Shown: piece after piece, positions 19,545 through 29,531 of the stretch
Numbering within the stretch: position 1 is the stretch's first letter
How the letters are laid out: each line of letters starts with the position of its first letter
Assembly (NCBI GenBank): GCA_022511265.1
Contig: JAFLRX010000008.1
Location: 6,620 to 70,619, forward strand
Reading direction: 5' to 3'
Length of the DNA stretch: 64,000 nucleotides
From: Eubacterium sp.
Lineage (GTDB): Bacteria > Bacillota > Clostridia > Oscillospirales > Ruminococcaceae
Translations under genes and position numbers: made by a program
Notes under the pieces: model-generated
Seen by the model: the letters and a program-made list of their open reading frames with translations, nothing else
Told to the model about the DNA's origin: nothing
Databases searched by the model: none

Positions 19545-19548
19545 TTTA

Positions 19549-19755
19549 TCAGAATGTCATAGATTTGTCGGGTAGGATGCATGCCATGACGATATACGCG
19601 ATAAGCGCGGGAATAAACGCAAAAGAAACGCCAAGCAGCACGGCTATCAGCCGTATTATGTTAGGGTCAAGATTAAGGTACTCTCCGATACCGCCGCACA
19701 CCCCGCAGAACACCCTTCCCTGCTCTATCTTATATAGCTTTTTGGGCATGGTCAA
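19549..19755 (-). CDS. PspC domain protein
   Basis: KKLYKIEQGRVFCGVCGGIGEYLNLDPNIIRL...YIVMACILP. Confidence 0.9.
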   Translation of the reverse strand: MTMPKKLYKIEQGRVFCGVCGGIGEYLNLDPNIIRLIAVLLGVSFAFIPALIAYIVMACILPDKSMTF

Positions 19756-20624
19756 GCCTCCTTTTGCTGCATTGTTATTCTCACTTCGCCTATACCTGAG
19801 GACACACGGAAGGTGTATTTACCGCCGCTGTTTGCGCCGGGGGTGGTCACCTGTCCGATGCCGTTGTCGGTCTTGAAATCATAATCGTCGCGGTCGCCGT
19901 ACAGGGTCATGTATACCGCGCCTATTCCGCTGTCTATTTTGCCGTCGCCGTTGACTTCTCCCGTGAATGTCAGCTGACCTACGCCTATATCCGCGTCGAT
20001 ACCGCCGCATACCGCGTCTCTGACGGATATCGCGCCTACTCCGCCGTCTATGTCCAGCTTGTTATTGGCGATGACATTATTCATTATCATCTCGCCCGCT
20101 CCATTTTTGATGGAGAGTTTTTCGGCGGTTATCCCGTCAACGGTCATTTTGCCCGCGCCGTTTTGTATGTCGGCATTTTCAAACACCATATCCCGCGGCA
20201 ATGTTATCGTGATTTTGGTATCAGGCCAAAATCCTCCTATAAATGATATTTGCCAGCCGCGGTCGTACTTTACGGTCAGGGTGTCACCATTTACCTCATA
20301 CTTAAAGCGGTCTTGAATGACGTTTGTTGTCTCTATCTTTACTCGGTCCACGTCGCCCGTTTTGATTATCATTTCGCCGTAATCAAAGTCTACCTTAAGG
20401 TTTTTTATATCCTCATCCATTATGCTGTCCTCCGAATCAGTGTAATTGCCGTCTCCGGCATGTATACCGTTCCAGTCGATGTAAATGTCGTTGTTGATGA
20501 AATTAAGGTGCAGCCCGTTGCTTAACACAGACGGACCTCCTATACAAAAGGCGACAACCATAAACATTATGCCCAACGTCACCATCGAGCCGCCTACTAT
20601 GTACTTTATTGCTCCTTTCGGCAT
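19752..20624 (-). CDS. DUF4097-type beta-strand repeat protein (LiaG-like)
   Basis: N-terminal TM, repeated GxGxG turns (NGAG, GGVG, GIG). Confidence 0.8.
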   Translation of the reverse strand: MPKGAIKYIVGGSMVTLGIMFMVVAFCIGGPSVLSNGLHLNFINNDIYIDWNGIHAGDGNYTDSEDSIMDEDIKNLKVDFDYGEMIIKTGDVDRVKIETTNVIQDRFKYEVNGDTLTVKYDRGWQISFIGGFWPDTKITITLPRDMVFENADIQNGAGKMTVDGITAEKLSIKNGAGEMIMNNVIANNKLDIDGGVGAISVRDAVCGGIDADIGVGQLTFTGEVNGDGKIDSGIGAVYMTLYGDRDDYDFKTDNGIGQVTTPGANSGGKYTFRVSSGIGEVRITMQQKEA

Positions 20625-21269
20625 TCAGGCCACCCCCTTTCTTCCGGTCAGTTTTCTGAACAGTGCCGCTATTCCGCTGCAGCAGACCTTTGTCAGCTTT
20701 ACCAGCAGCTTGCACAGCGGGTATATCGCCAACGGAAACAACCCCGCAAAGAACAAAGCGATACCGAACGAGAACAGCCCCGCGACAGGCGCGCCGGTGA
20801 AGAATGCGCCTATGCTTATCCCCAGTGCCGATATTGCGCAGGCACCGAACGCGATTATTATTCCGATAAGCGCGGCAAACAGCCCGAACAATATGCCGAA
20901 CACCGCCGCCACCAGCCCTATCCATATCGGGAAGGAAAGAATAAGCAGTATTACTATCAACGCTATCTGTCCGCCTGACCAGCCGGTGTTCTGCTGTGCG
21001 GGGGTGGGCGGCGGGGTAAAGCTGTTGCCGTCAAAACCGCTTGCGTCGGCATGCGCCGTGTCAGCGGCTTGCCCCGCGTCTTTATTTTCGTTGATAATAG
21101 ACTTAGCAAGCTCTTCGGGCGAGCCGAGGCTGGCTATGACAGCCTGCTCGTTTTCTTCGCCCGCCTCGCTGAAAAATTCCTCATAATAGCTCATGGCGGC
21201 CTCGCGCTCTTCCTGCGGGACGGAGGAAAGCGCGTTTCGCAGCTGAGCCAAAAATTCATATTTATTCAT
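20625..21269 (-). CDS. DUF1700 (HAAS) membrane protein
   Basis: MNKYEFLAQLRNAL...MSYYEEFF...LGSPEELAKSI, C-terminal TM helices. Confidence 0.9.
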   Translation of the reverse strand: MNKYEFLAQLRNALSSVPQEEREAAMSYYEEFFSEAGEENEQAVIASLGSPEELAKSIINENKDAGQAADTAHADASGFDGNSFTPPPTPAQQNTGWSGGQIALIVILLILSFPIWIGLVAAVFGILFGLFAALIGIIIAFGACAISALGISIGAFFTGAPVAGLFSFGIALFFAGLFPLAIYPLCKLLVKLTKVCCSGIAALFRKLTGRKGVA

Positions 21270-21296
21270 TTTATTTCCTCTCTTACAGTCCGAATT

Positions 21297-21635
21297 TTAT
21301 TGATCTTGGGGCAAACTGCCGTTTACCGTCTGTGGAAAAATAATATCCTCTATCTTTTTTTTGTGCAGCTTCCATTCCTCACGGTAAAGCTCTAACGCCG
21401 CCCGTCCTTTTGGCGTGACACGGTAATAACGTCGGTTTCTCCCCTGAAACTCTCGGTCGTAGGTCTCAAGGTTGTCCTCCTTTTGCAGACGGCGCAGTAC
21501 GGGGTACAGCGTGGATTCCGACACGTCCACGGCAGAGCGTATGTCCTGAGTTATGCGGTATCCGTAGGTGTCCTCGCGCGCGACTACCGCCAGTACCAGC
21601 ATGTCCAGCAGGGCGGCGGATATTGGGAATGTCAT
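21297..21635 (-). CDS. PadR family transcriptional regulator
   Basis: DTYGYRITQ, SESTLYPVLRRL, GRNRRYYRVT; start at 21635 with GGAGGTGA RBS. Confidence 0.93.
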   Translation of the reverse strand: MTFPISAALLDMLVLAVVAREDTYGYRITQDIRSAVDVSESTLYPVLRRLQKEDNLETYDREFQGRNRRYYRVTPKGRAALELYREEWKLHKKKIEDIIFPQTVNGSLPQDQ

Positions 21636-21760
21636 TGTTTCACCTCCGAAATTAAAGCGGTTATGAAAATCGGTTTTTATTCTCTGTATGATATTATACG
21701 CCATATAATATTATTTGTCAATACAGTTTTGATAATTTTTCTAAATTTTTTGCGATAACG

Positions 21761-21792
21761 AAAAACCCGGAGGGTCGATCCCTCCGGGTAAA
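21761..21792 (-). terminator. terminator of queT
   Basis: ACCCGGAGGG-tcgat-CCCTCCGGGT. Confidence 0.75.
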
Positions 21793-21802
21793 GTATTCTT
21801 TT

Positions 21803-22300
21803 TTATTCTCCTGCCATAAGTCTGCGGCAGGCCTTGTTGTCTATTCCGTGATACAGGCACATACCCACGAAACCGCAGGATATCACCTCTCCGGCAAACA
21901 CCGTAAGGAATACGAACCACAGCGCGTCCGGCACTCCGTAGGCGTAGACCAGCACGAACGGCACTATCACCGTATTTGCGATTATCGGCGGCAGCGGCGC
22001 CAGCCATCTGTTCTTCTCTCTCAGCCAATAAGTAAATATTGCCCCGATAAGTGTTGCCAGGCTGCCGAATACGATATCCCATATCACCGCGCCTGTGATA
22101 GTGTTCGAGATAATGCAGCCGATGAATAATCCGGGTATCGCCGCCGGGGTGAACGCGGGCAGCACGGTCAGTGCCTCGCTAAGGCGCACCTGCACCACTC
22201 CACTGGCAAGTCCCATAAGGTTGGTCAGCCATGTCATAACGACATAAACAGCCGCAATGACAGCGCCCTGTGTGATAAACAGGACCTTTTTGTTTCTCAT
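21803..22300 (-). CDS. queT: QueT family queuosine-precursor transporter
   Basis: GAVIAAVYVVMT, VQVRLSEAL, AIPGLFIGC, GSLATL, PIIANTVIVP; preQ1 riboswitch upstream. Confidence 0.93.
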   Translation of the reverse strand: MRNKKVLFITQGAVIAAVYVVMTWLTNLMGLASGVVQVRLSEALTVLPAFTPAAIPGLFIGCIISNTITGAVIWDIVFGSLATLIGAIFTYWLREKNRWLAPLPPIIANTVIVPFVLVYAYGVPDALWFVFLTVFAGEVISCGFVGMCLYHGIDNKACRRLMAGE

Positions 22301-22308
22301 TTAATTTT

Positions 22309-22367
22309 CCTCCGTAGTTTTGATTTATCTCTCATTTGAGAGAATGTGAGGATTTTGCGAACTCACG
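22309..22367 (-). promoter_or_regulatory. preQ1 class I riboswitch
   Basis: Minus strand: GTGAG-TTCGCAAAATC-CTCAC stem-loop, then A-rich tail ATAAATCAAAACTACGGAGG running into the queT SD. Confidence 0.8.
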
Positions 22368-22408
22368 AAATATATATTAGCACATATCTCCGCCAAAGTC
22401 AAGGGCTT

Positions 22409-23287
22409 TTACAGCCCCTCGTAATTCCACTCGGGGATAAGTTCGGTGCCGGCGCTCGCTTTTTCCTGCGTATAGCCGATAAAGCCCAGCTGTGCAGCAT
22501 GCTCTGCCACCGCCTCATATTCAAAGGTCGTCACCTTGCGGGCAAGCTCTTTTATCTCCATCGCCTTGTGACACGGCACATACTGCCGCATCAGGCTCAG
22601 CCGTATCTCCGATATCGGCAGCGCCTCCGCCAGCATATCCAATGCCCGCATACTGTCACGTCTGTAGTTGGGCAGCACCAGATGGCGCACCATCACCCCG
22701 TTCGTCATCATGCCGTCACTGTCAAAGCGCACACCGCCGCGGCTGTCATGCATCGCCTTTATCGCAGCGATCGCCGTCTCGGGATAATCCGGCGCGGCGG
22801 AATATTTTCCCGACAGCGCGCCGTCCGCGTACTTAAAATCCGGCAGATATACGTCCACCAGCCCGTCCAGCCGCTTTATAGTATCAGTGCTTTCATATCC
22901 GCCGCAGTTCCATACAACAGGGATATCAAGCCGCGGCTTTACCTTTTCCAGCACTGCGGCTATCTCATTTGAAAACTGCGTCGGGGTTACCAGATTTATG
23001 TTATGCGCGCCCTTTTCCTGTAGTTCTAAAAATATCTCGCCCAGCCGCGCGGGCGTTATCTCCTTGCCCTCAGTGCCGTGACTGAGCGGCGCGTTCTGGC
23101 AGAACACGCACCTCAGCACACAGCCGGAAAAGAACACCGTGCCGCTGCCCCTTGTGCCGGATATGCACGGCTCTTCGCCGAAGTGCAATGCGGCGCGCGC
23201 CGCCTTTAGCCCCTGCACCCCGCAAAAGCCGGTTGTATTTTCTCTGTCTGCCCCGCATTTTCTCGGGCATTGATAGCATCTTGACAT
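22409..23287 (-). CDS. PflX-like radical SAM protein
   Basis: CYQCPRKCGADR, GEEPCISG, FFSGCVLRCVFCQN (CxxxCxxC), HNINLVTP, VDVYLPDFKY, VRHLVLP. Confidence 0.9.
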   Translation of the reverse strand: MSRCYQCPRKCGADRENTTGFCGVQGLKAARAALHFGEEPCISGTRGSGTVFFSGCVLRCVFCQNAPLSHGTEGKEITPARLGEIFLELQEKGAHNINLVTPTQFSNEIAAVLEKVKPRLDIPVVWNCGGYESTDTIKRLDGLVDVYLPDFKYADGALSGKYSAAPDYPETAIAAIKAMHDSRGGVRFDSDGMMTNGVMVRHLVLPNYRRDSMRALDMLAEALPISEIRLSLMRQYVPCHKAMEIKELARKVTTFEYEAVAEHAAQLGFIGYTQEKASAGTELIPEWNYEGL

Positions 23288-23328
23288 AATATTCTCCTAA
23301 AAAAGCCGCTGTGCAGCGGCTTTTTAGA

Positions 23329-24663
23329 TTATTCTTTACTCTCGGCTTGTGATGAGGTCTTATCGCTTTCAGACGGCTTTTCGTAATTCAACGCATCGTA
23401 ATTATACTCATACGCGACTTCGTCCATCCACTGGGCGATGGTCTTATCCTTTAATTCCGCCTGTCTTTCGGCAATCATACCCTGCTCGGTCGCTTTACGC
23501 ACATCTTCCATCTGCTCGTCGGTTATCTCCGCATCGGAAACGTACTGAATGATATAATAGCCTCTGTCGGTGGCTATCAGGTCGGTAATATCGCCCGGCT
23601 TTTCCAGCGCGTACGCGGCGTCATATATCTCTTTCATGGTCCTTTCAGAGCCGTATATCAACAGGGTGAGATTTTTCTCCGCGCCCTCGTAATAATTCGC
23701 AGCGTATTCCTTCATCACATCTTCAAAGCTTGCCTCGCCGCTGTTCAGCTTTTCCATTGCGGCGTCCGCTTGCCCCTTTACGGTGGCAAGCATTTCATCA
23801 CGCAGCTTGTCCAGCGCGTCGTTGTCCGCGTTGCTCTCTGCCCTTGCCGCCGACAGCTCTGCCGCGTCGGAAGAATCTATCGCAAGCAAAATAAACTTTA
23901 TATTTCTCGAGCCGTCGGGTATCCATACCGCCTGATAATCGGTGGCCGCCTCATAGGTAGCGACAGACTCGTTATACATTGCCTCCGCCTCTTTTTGGGT
24001 GGTGTCAATGTATGTGTCTATAGCCTCTTTGCTAACCGTCACATCTTCGGTTATTTTATCCATCATTTTGCTGTAGATGTAGGTGTTGGTCTGCCACTTC
24101 AGGAATATCTCCTCGCTGAGACCGAACTTAACTATATAATCTAGGAACAGCTCGCGTTCTTTCGCCAGCAGTGCGTCTTTGTCGGCATCGCTTCCCAGTG
24201 CCTCTTTCGCCTCGGCGGCAAACGCGGTATAGTATGCCTGCATATTGTTTTCGTAATACTCGCTTACCTCTTCCGCCTCTTCAGCGGTCAGAACATCCAG
24301 TCCCGCCTCCTGCGCCTTTTTAAGCACAACGCGCTCTTCCGCAAGCATTTCTATCATCTGCTGACGGTACAGCTGTAGGTCGGTCTGATAGTCCTCCTCG
24401 TACTCGTCTATCTGGTTCATATCAATGAAAAACGCATACTCGGAATAAAACTCCTTAAACGCTATATTGTAAAATTCCTTTTCCTCGTCAGAAAGCGTTT
24501 CGCTGCCCGACCACGCCACTATATCGTCGTCGTTTGCCGTCCATATCTCGGCGGGCTTGCTTTCGCCGGAGGTATCGGAGGAAGTAAGTATGCTGTCGCT
24601 GCATCCCGTTATACCCATAGCGCAGACCAGCAGCAGTGCCGCCGCAGTTGTAATTTTCTTCAT
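23329..24663 (-). CDS. SurA/PrsA-like foldase lipoprotein (rotamase domain, degenerate)
   Basis: Lipobox ITGC after MKKITT start; ADAAMEKLNSGEASFEDVMKEYA, PGDITDLIATDRGYYII. Confidence 0.7.
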   Translation of the reverse strand: MKKITTAAALLLVCAMGITGCSDSILTSSDTSGESKPAEIWTANDDDIVAWSGSETLSDEEKEFYNIAFKEFYSEYAFFIDMNQIDEYEEDYQTDLQLYRQQMIEMLAEERVVLKKAQEAGLDVLTAEEAEEVSEYYENNMQAYYTAFAAEAKEALGSDADKDALLAKERELFLDYIVKFGLSEEIFLKWQTNTYIYSKMMDKITEDVTVSKEAIDTYIDTTQKEAEAMYNESVATYEAATDYQAVWIPDGSRNIKFILLAIDSSDAAELSAARAESNADNDALDKLRDEMLATVKGQADAAMEKLNSGEASFEDVMKEYAANYYEGAEKNLTLLIYGSERTMKEIYDAAYALEKPGDITDLIATDRGYYIIQYVSDAEITDEQMEDVRKATEQGMIAERQAELKDKTIAQWMDEVAYEYNYDALNYEKPSESDKTSSQAESKE

Positions 24664-24811
24664 AATATTTTCCTTCCTGTCCCGTACGGGACAATAATCA
24701 TGCCGAGTAAATAAAACAATCAACCTATTAAGTATACCATATTTTTCGCCAAAGTCAAACCCTAAATCACAAAAACAGATGAATTTTAGGTGAAATTTTT
24801 ACGGCTTTTCC

Positions 24812-26335
24812 TTACATCGACCAATATTTACGGTCAAGGCTGCGGAAATTTATCGCCGCGGCGATGTCCTTTTTGCGTATTATATCGCTGCCGCCGAGGT
24901 CGGCACAGGTGCGCGCGACCTTTAGTATTCTATCATACGCCCTCGCGGACAGACCCATTTTGTCAAAGCAGCCGGATATCAGCTTTTTCGCGCCGTCGTC
25001 CATCGGGCACATCCGGTGCAGCAGCGACGGCGGTATCTTAGAGTTAGAGCGTATACCGGTATCCTTAAACCGCTCTTTTTGTATCTCGCGCGCCTTCATC
25101 ACCCGCTCCAGCACCTCTTCGCTGGATTCGCCGGGGGCGCTGCCGCTTATCTCGTCAAAGCTGAGCTGCGGCATCTCTACCTGTATATCTATCCTGTCCA
25201 GCACAGGGCGGCTTATCTTGCCGAGATAGTTCTGTATCATACGCTCGGTACAGGTGCAGGTGCCGCGCGGGTTGCCGTAATTGCCGCAGGGGCAGGGGTT
25301 CATCGCCGCCACCAGCATAATGTCGCATGGATAGCTTACCGAGCCCTGCGCGCGGGATATCGTTATCGTCCCGTCCTCCAGCGGCTGGCGCAAGGTCTCC
25401 AGTGTGCGGCGGTCAAACTCCGGCAGCTCGTCCAAAAACAGCACGCCGTTGTGCGCCAGCGATATCTCGCCCGGCTTCGGCACGCTGCCGCCGCCGATAA
25501 GCCCCACCGCCGATGCGGTATGCGACACCGCGCGAAACGGCCTTTGGGTGATTATCGGGTTGCTGCGGTCCAGCTGTCCCGATATCGAATGTATGCCGGT
25601 GGTCTCCATGCTCTCCTCAAAGCTCATGGGCGGCAGTATCGAGGGTATACGCTTTGATATCATGCTCTTGCCCGTGCCGGGTGGTCCTATCAGCAGCACG
25701 TTGTGAAAGCCCGCCGCCGCGACCTCTAACGCGTGCTTTGCCAGCGGCTGACCCTTTACGTCGGAAAAGTTTTCCGCCAGCGCAAGCGCGGGGTCGGGTC
25801 GGTATACCGGCTCGCGTCGGATACGCTCTTTGCCTGTGAAGTGGTTTATCAGTGCGGCGATATTCTCAACACCGTATATCTCCAAATCCTCCACCACCGA
25901 CGCCTCGCGCGCGTTTTCGGCGGGCAGGAACAGCTTTCTGATACCGCTGTTTTTTGCCTCTATCGCCATGCTGAGTATGCCGTTGGTGTAGGTCAGCCCG
26001 CCGCCCAGCGACACCTCGCCCACAAAGGCGCAGTCGCCTAAATCAACGTCAATGATATTATTTACCGAAAGTATTGCCGCTATTATCGTAAAATCGTACA
26101 GCGAGCCGCATTTTCTCACGTCCGCAGGAGCGAGGTTGACGGTTATACGCTGTCCGTTTATGCTTATCCCGACGCCGGACAATGCGCCCTTGATGCGCAT
26201 TTTGCTCTCCTGCACCGCCGCGTCGCCAAGCCCGACTATATCAAACGCCGGCTGCCCGCGGCTTGTGATTATCTCCGCGGTGACCTTAAAGGCGTTCATG
26301 CCGAACAAGCCCATACCGTTTACCTGCGCGTACAT
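24812..26335 (-). CDS. comM: YifB/ComM Mg-chelatase-like AAA+ ATPase
   Basis: VNLAPAD, GPPGTGKSM, PGEISLAHNGVLFLDELPEF, AAMNPCPCG, LDRID, SARAYDRILKVARTCADL. Confidence 0.95.
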   Translation of the reverse strand: MYAQVNGMGLFGMNAFKVTAEIITSRGQPAFDIVGLGDAAVQESKMRIKGALSGVGISINGQRITVNLAPADVRKCGSLYDFTIIAAILSVNNIIDVDLGDCAFVGEVSLGGGLTYTNGILSMAIEAKNSGIRKLFLPAENAREASVVEDLEIYGVENIAALINHFTGKERIRREPVYRPDPALALAENFSDVKGQPLAKHALEVAAAGFHNVLLIGPPGTGKSMISKRIPSILPPMSFEESMETTGIHSISGQLDRSNPIITQRPFRAVSHTASAVGLIGGGSVPKPGEISLAHNGVLFLDELPEFDRRTLETLRQPLEDGTITISRAQGSVSYPCDIMLVAAMNPCPCGNYGNPRGTCTCTERMIQNYLGKISRPVLDRIDIQVEMPQLSFDEISGSAPGESSEEVLERVMKAREIQKERFKDTGIRSNSKIPPSLLHRMCPMDDGAKKLISGCFDKMGLSARAYDRILKVARTCADLGGSDIIRKKDIAAAINFRSLDRKYWSM

Positions 26336-26455
26336 ATCTTCTCTCCTTTGGAACAAAATTATGGTAATATTATAACATATTATGGCGAGAAATGCAAATA
26401 AAACAAAAACACAGCGGACGTCATAAGACGTCCGCCGCGTTTTTACAGGGGGTAG

Positions 26456-28888
26456 TTATGATAATTTCAAGGAAGTAGCATGAGCGAATATTCCGCTGTA
26501 CGAGCTGTTTTCGTTATTGTTGAAATCCAGCATGTCAACGGTTATTGTTGCCTTTCGGGTGTCTTCCTTTGACAGGCTGTCAAAGTCAGGTATGCTGTCC
26601 GCGTTTATGTATACAAGCGAATATCCTGATTTTGCCCAGACCCCGCTATTCTCCGGCTTTAGTTCGTATCCGCCGAAGCTATCTGACAACCCAAGGGGAA
26701 TATAAGGCAGAGATTGCTTAAATCCTTTGGGGTCAACACACATCACATAACAATCGTACCCACGGTCATATCCCAGCAAGCCGGTCAGCGTCATGCTGCC
26801 CTCTAACGTAAACTTATTATATCCGCCTTTCATATTAAAGCTTGGATTGCTTCCTGTACTGAGATAAAGTCCCGCGCCGGCCTCGGTAACAGTCATATCT
26901 CCTACCTTATCGCCCACCTTCAGCGTCGTCATTTCATAGTTTTCGCCGGTATTTCCGGGAAATACCGTATCGTTGCCGCCATTGCTGTCAGGGTCGTATT
27001 CGTTATAATACAACTCGTTATCGGTAACCTCTCTTACAATTGCATAGTCATATATAAACTTTGAATTGCTTATCTCCGTATCTGTAGGCAGTTCATATCC
27101 CATAAAGGTGGCTTTTTCAGGCAGTCCGTTCTTTGGCTCTGCTTTAAGCCGTACGCTGTCAAACGAAGTAACAGGCGCACTTACCCAAGCCTTGTAATTA
27201 GTGCCGTAAGCGTAGTCGAGCTGTCCAACGGTCACCTCTACCTCGTACAAGCCAGCTTTTTCAAAACCCGCCGCTTCCATAAAACCGTATTCACCTCTCA
27301 ACTCTACAATCGGGAAACAGGACGCGGCATAATAATCATACTTGCCGTCAGCAGGTGTAGAAAGCGTATATGTTCTGTAGTAATAGGGCGCCGGAACATA
27401 AGGCAGCAATTCATCAAATCCTGACGGGTCGACGCAAAGCTGTACATATGATGAAAGCGGGTCATACTCCATTATGCCCTTTAGTGTTATCTCTCCATAA
27501 AGCGCATAGTAGATCTGCTCGTCAGTGAAATAATACTCAATACCTCCGCTAAGTTTTGTTCTGGTATCCAGCTTCATCTGCATAGAGCCTTCTATCACCG
27601 TAAGACCGCCTATCATATCTCCCGACTTTAAGGTAAGATAGTCTTTGCTGCCCGAGATGTTCTCCGGTGTCGGGAGAACATCATCCGCCGTCTCTGAGGC
27701 TTTGTATAAAAGCTCGCTTTTGTCAAGCTTCCTTAGTATCGCGTAATCGTACGGGTAGTATGAACCTACGTCTCCACCTTCGATAGGCAACGACATATTG
27801 CAGTAGGTTACCGTCATGGGCACATCCGCCTTTACGTCGAACCAGTCTACCGATGATATATCCGCGCTGGCGCCGCTTAACCCGCCGCTTTCGTTATAGC
27901 CTATGGTTATGCTCCTTGCGGAGAGACCTACCTCATACAGCCCGCCGAATCTTACATACTCATCAGCAAACACATTACCGTCAACATGTATGAACATATA
28001 GCCGGAGTCCGCGCTGAAATTAAAGTCAGCGTCAACGTCAGTGGGTACATGGCTGCTGCCGGAATCTTCAAATTCCGCAGGGATATACGGCAGCAGTTCG
28101 CCAAAGTTGGCAGGGTCAACGCACAATATGCTGTCGGTGCCGTTATATTCCAGTATGCCGCTCAGCGTGATTTCGCCCTCCATCGTGAACGAATTATAGC
28201 CTAGTTCTTTTGGGAGAAAATACGCCTCGCCGTTTTCATCAAATTTTATACTGTAGCGTGAGGACGCTTTTGATACCGTGAGACCTCCGACCTCGTCTCC
28301 GACATGCAGCTTTATACATTCGCCTATCTTGCTGTCAGCGTCATTTACGTCAGTCGGGATGGTCTGCACACCGTCGGTGGTGTGATAATACAGTCTGCTG
28401 GGGTCGTATCTTTTTACTATCGCAAAATCGTAATAGCAAAAATCCATATTACCCTCTTTTTTATACGCGCCCGCCGTGGGCAGCTCCAGCCCGTTGTATT
28501 CTATAAACGCGGGTATCTGTCTGACCACGCTTTCCGTGCTGCTGTTCGAGCTGTTATCAATGCTGCTTTCATAGCTGCTGTCAGTCCACGGGTTCAATAT
28601 ATTGTTATCGTACAGCATATTCACCAGCAGCACTCCGCCCGCCGCCAGCAGGCAAAAGCTTGCCGCCACCGCTATCCATTTCGCGGCGGAAAATTTCAGT
28701 TTTACAGGCTCTTTTTCGATAAACTCCTCCGCGTCGGTTATCTTCCCGCGCTCGGCAGAGCGTATCAGCTTTTTCATTTTCTTTTCAAATGCCGGGGAGA
28801 ACTCATGCTGCTCGTCTGCGCCGGGGAATGCGTCCATGCGCTCGCGATAAGTTTCCTCCAATGCTTTTTTCAGTTCATCGTTGTACAT
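26456..28888 (-). CDS. putative anti-sigma factor with three tandem copies of an unrecognised extracellular domain
   Basis: N-terminal HEFSPAFEKKMKKLIR, TM KWIAVAASFCLLAAGGVLLV, three ~230-aa repeats; directly after the ECF sigma gene, AGGAGG RBS. Confidence 0.8.
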   Translation of the reverse strand: MYNDELKKALEETYRERMDAFPGADEQHEFSPAFEKKMKKLIRSAERGKITDAEEFIEKEPVKLKFSAAKWIAVAASFCLLAAGGVLLVNMLYDNNILNPWTDSSYESSIDNSSNSSTESVVRQIPAFIEYNGLELPTAGAYKKEGNMDFCYYDFAIVKRYDPSRLYYHTTDGVQTIPTDVNDADSKIGECIKLHVGDEVGGLTVSKASSRYSIKFDENGEAYFLPKELGYNSFTMEGEITLSGILEYNGTDSILCVDPANFGELLPYIPAEFEDSGSSHVPTDVDADFNFSADSGYMFIHVDGNVFADEYVRFGGLYEVGLSARSITIGYNESGGLSGASADISSVDWFDVKADVPMTVTYCNMSLPIEGGDVGSYYPYDYAILRKLDKSELLYKASETADDVLPTPENISGSKDYLTLKSGDMIGGLTVIEGSMQMKLDTRTKLSGGIEYYFTDEQIYYALYGEITLKGIMEYDPLSSYVQLCVDPSGFDELLPYVPAPYYYRTYTLSTPADGKYDYYAASCFPIVELRGEYGFMEAAGFEKAGLYEVEVTVGQLDYAYGTNYKAWVSAPVTSFDSVRLKAEPKNGLPEKATFMGYELPTDTEISNSKFIYDYAIVREVTDNELYYNEYDPDSNGGNDTVFPGNTGENYEMTTLKVGDKVGDMTVTEAGAGLYLSTGSNPSFNMKGGYNKFTLEGSMTLTGLLGYDRGYDCYVMCVDPKGFKQSLPYIPLGLSDSFGGYELKPENSGVWAKSGYSLVYINADSIPDFDSLSKEDTRKATITVDMLDFNNNENSSYSGIFAHATSLKLS

Positions 28889-28900
28889 AAGTTCCACCTC

Positions 28901-29455
28901 CTACTTAGCAAACTCGCTGTCCACAAGTATATTCAGCAGCCTGCGGCGCGCCCTGAACAGCCGTTGGCGCACCGTGCCCGCGCTCTCGCCGGTTAGCTTG
29001 GCAATATCCGTCGGTGTCTTTTCCATAAACGCCGTCATAAATATCAGCTCGTAGTCCGCATCGTCCAGCTTGCGCAGTGCCGCCTTTATCCGCTCTGCAC
29101 CGTACATGGATATCACTTCATTCTCAACATCGTCGGTGCTTTGTATATCGTACATTTCGTCTATGCTCTCCTCGGCAACATTTTTGGCTTTATTCTTTTT
29201 GTACATAGTCAGCGCGGTGTTCTTTGCGGCCGTACAGAGATAATATCCGCACACCTCCAAGCTGAAGCCGGACAGCCTCGGCATATTGCCGAACGCCTTC
29301 ATAAACGCGTCCTGTACCGCGTCCTCCGCGTCCTCGTTGTTTTTAAGGATGCCCAGCGCTATGCCGTACATCCTGCCGCGGTATGTAAGATACAGCTCTT
29401 CCGCCAGGCTCTTTTCCTCAGGCGTGTCAGCCATAGCCATACATAATGCAAGCAT
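28901..29455 (-). CDS. ECF RNA polymerase sigma factor
   Basis: ILKNNEDAEDAVQDAFMKA, YLCTAAKNTAL, LRKLDDADYELI, GTVRQRLFRARRRL; GAGGGG RBS. Confidence 0.93.
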   Translation of the reverse strand: MLALCMAMADTPEEKSLAEELYLTYRGRMYGIALGILKNNEDAEDAVQDAFMKAFGNMPRLSGFSLEVCGYYLCTAAKNTALTMYKKNKAKNVAEESIDEMYDIQSTDDVENEVISMYGAERIKAALRKLDDADYELIFMTAFMEKTPTDIAKLTGESAGTVRQRLFRARRRLLNILVDSEFAK

Positions 29456-29488
29456 ATTACTCCCCCTCACAGTGTTTGTCATTGTTAT

Positions 29489-29517
29489 ATTGTAACTCAT
29501 TATTATTCCCCAGTCAA
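29489..29517 (-). promoter_or_regulatory. sigma-A promoter of the ECF sigma gene
   Basis: TTGACT-17 nt-TACAAT. Confidence 0.7.
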
Positions 29518-29531
29518 TAGCTCCGAAGCTT

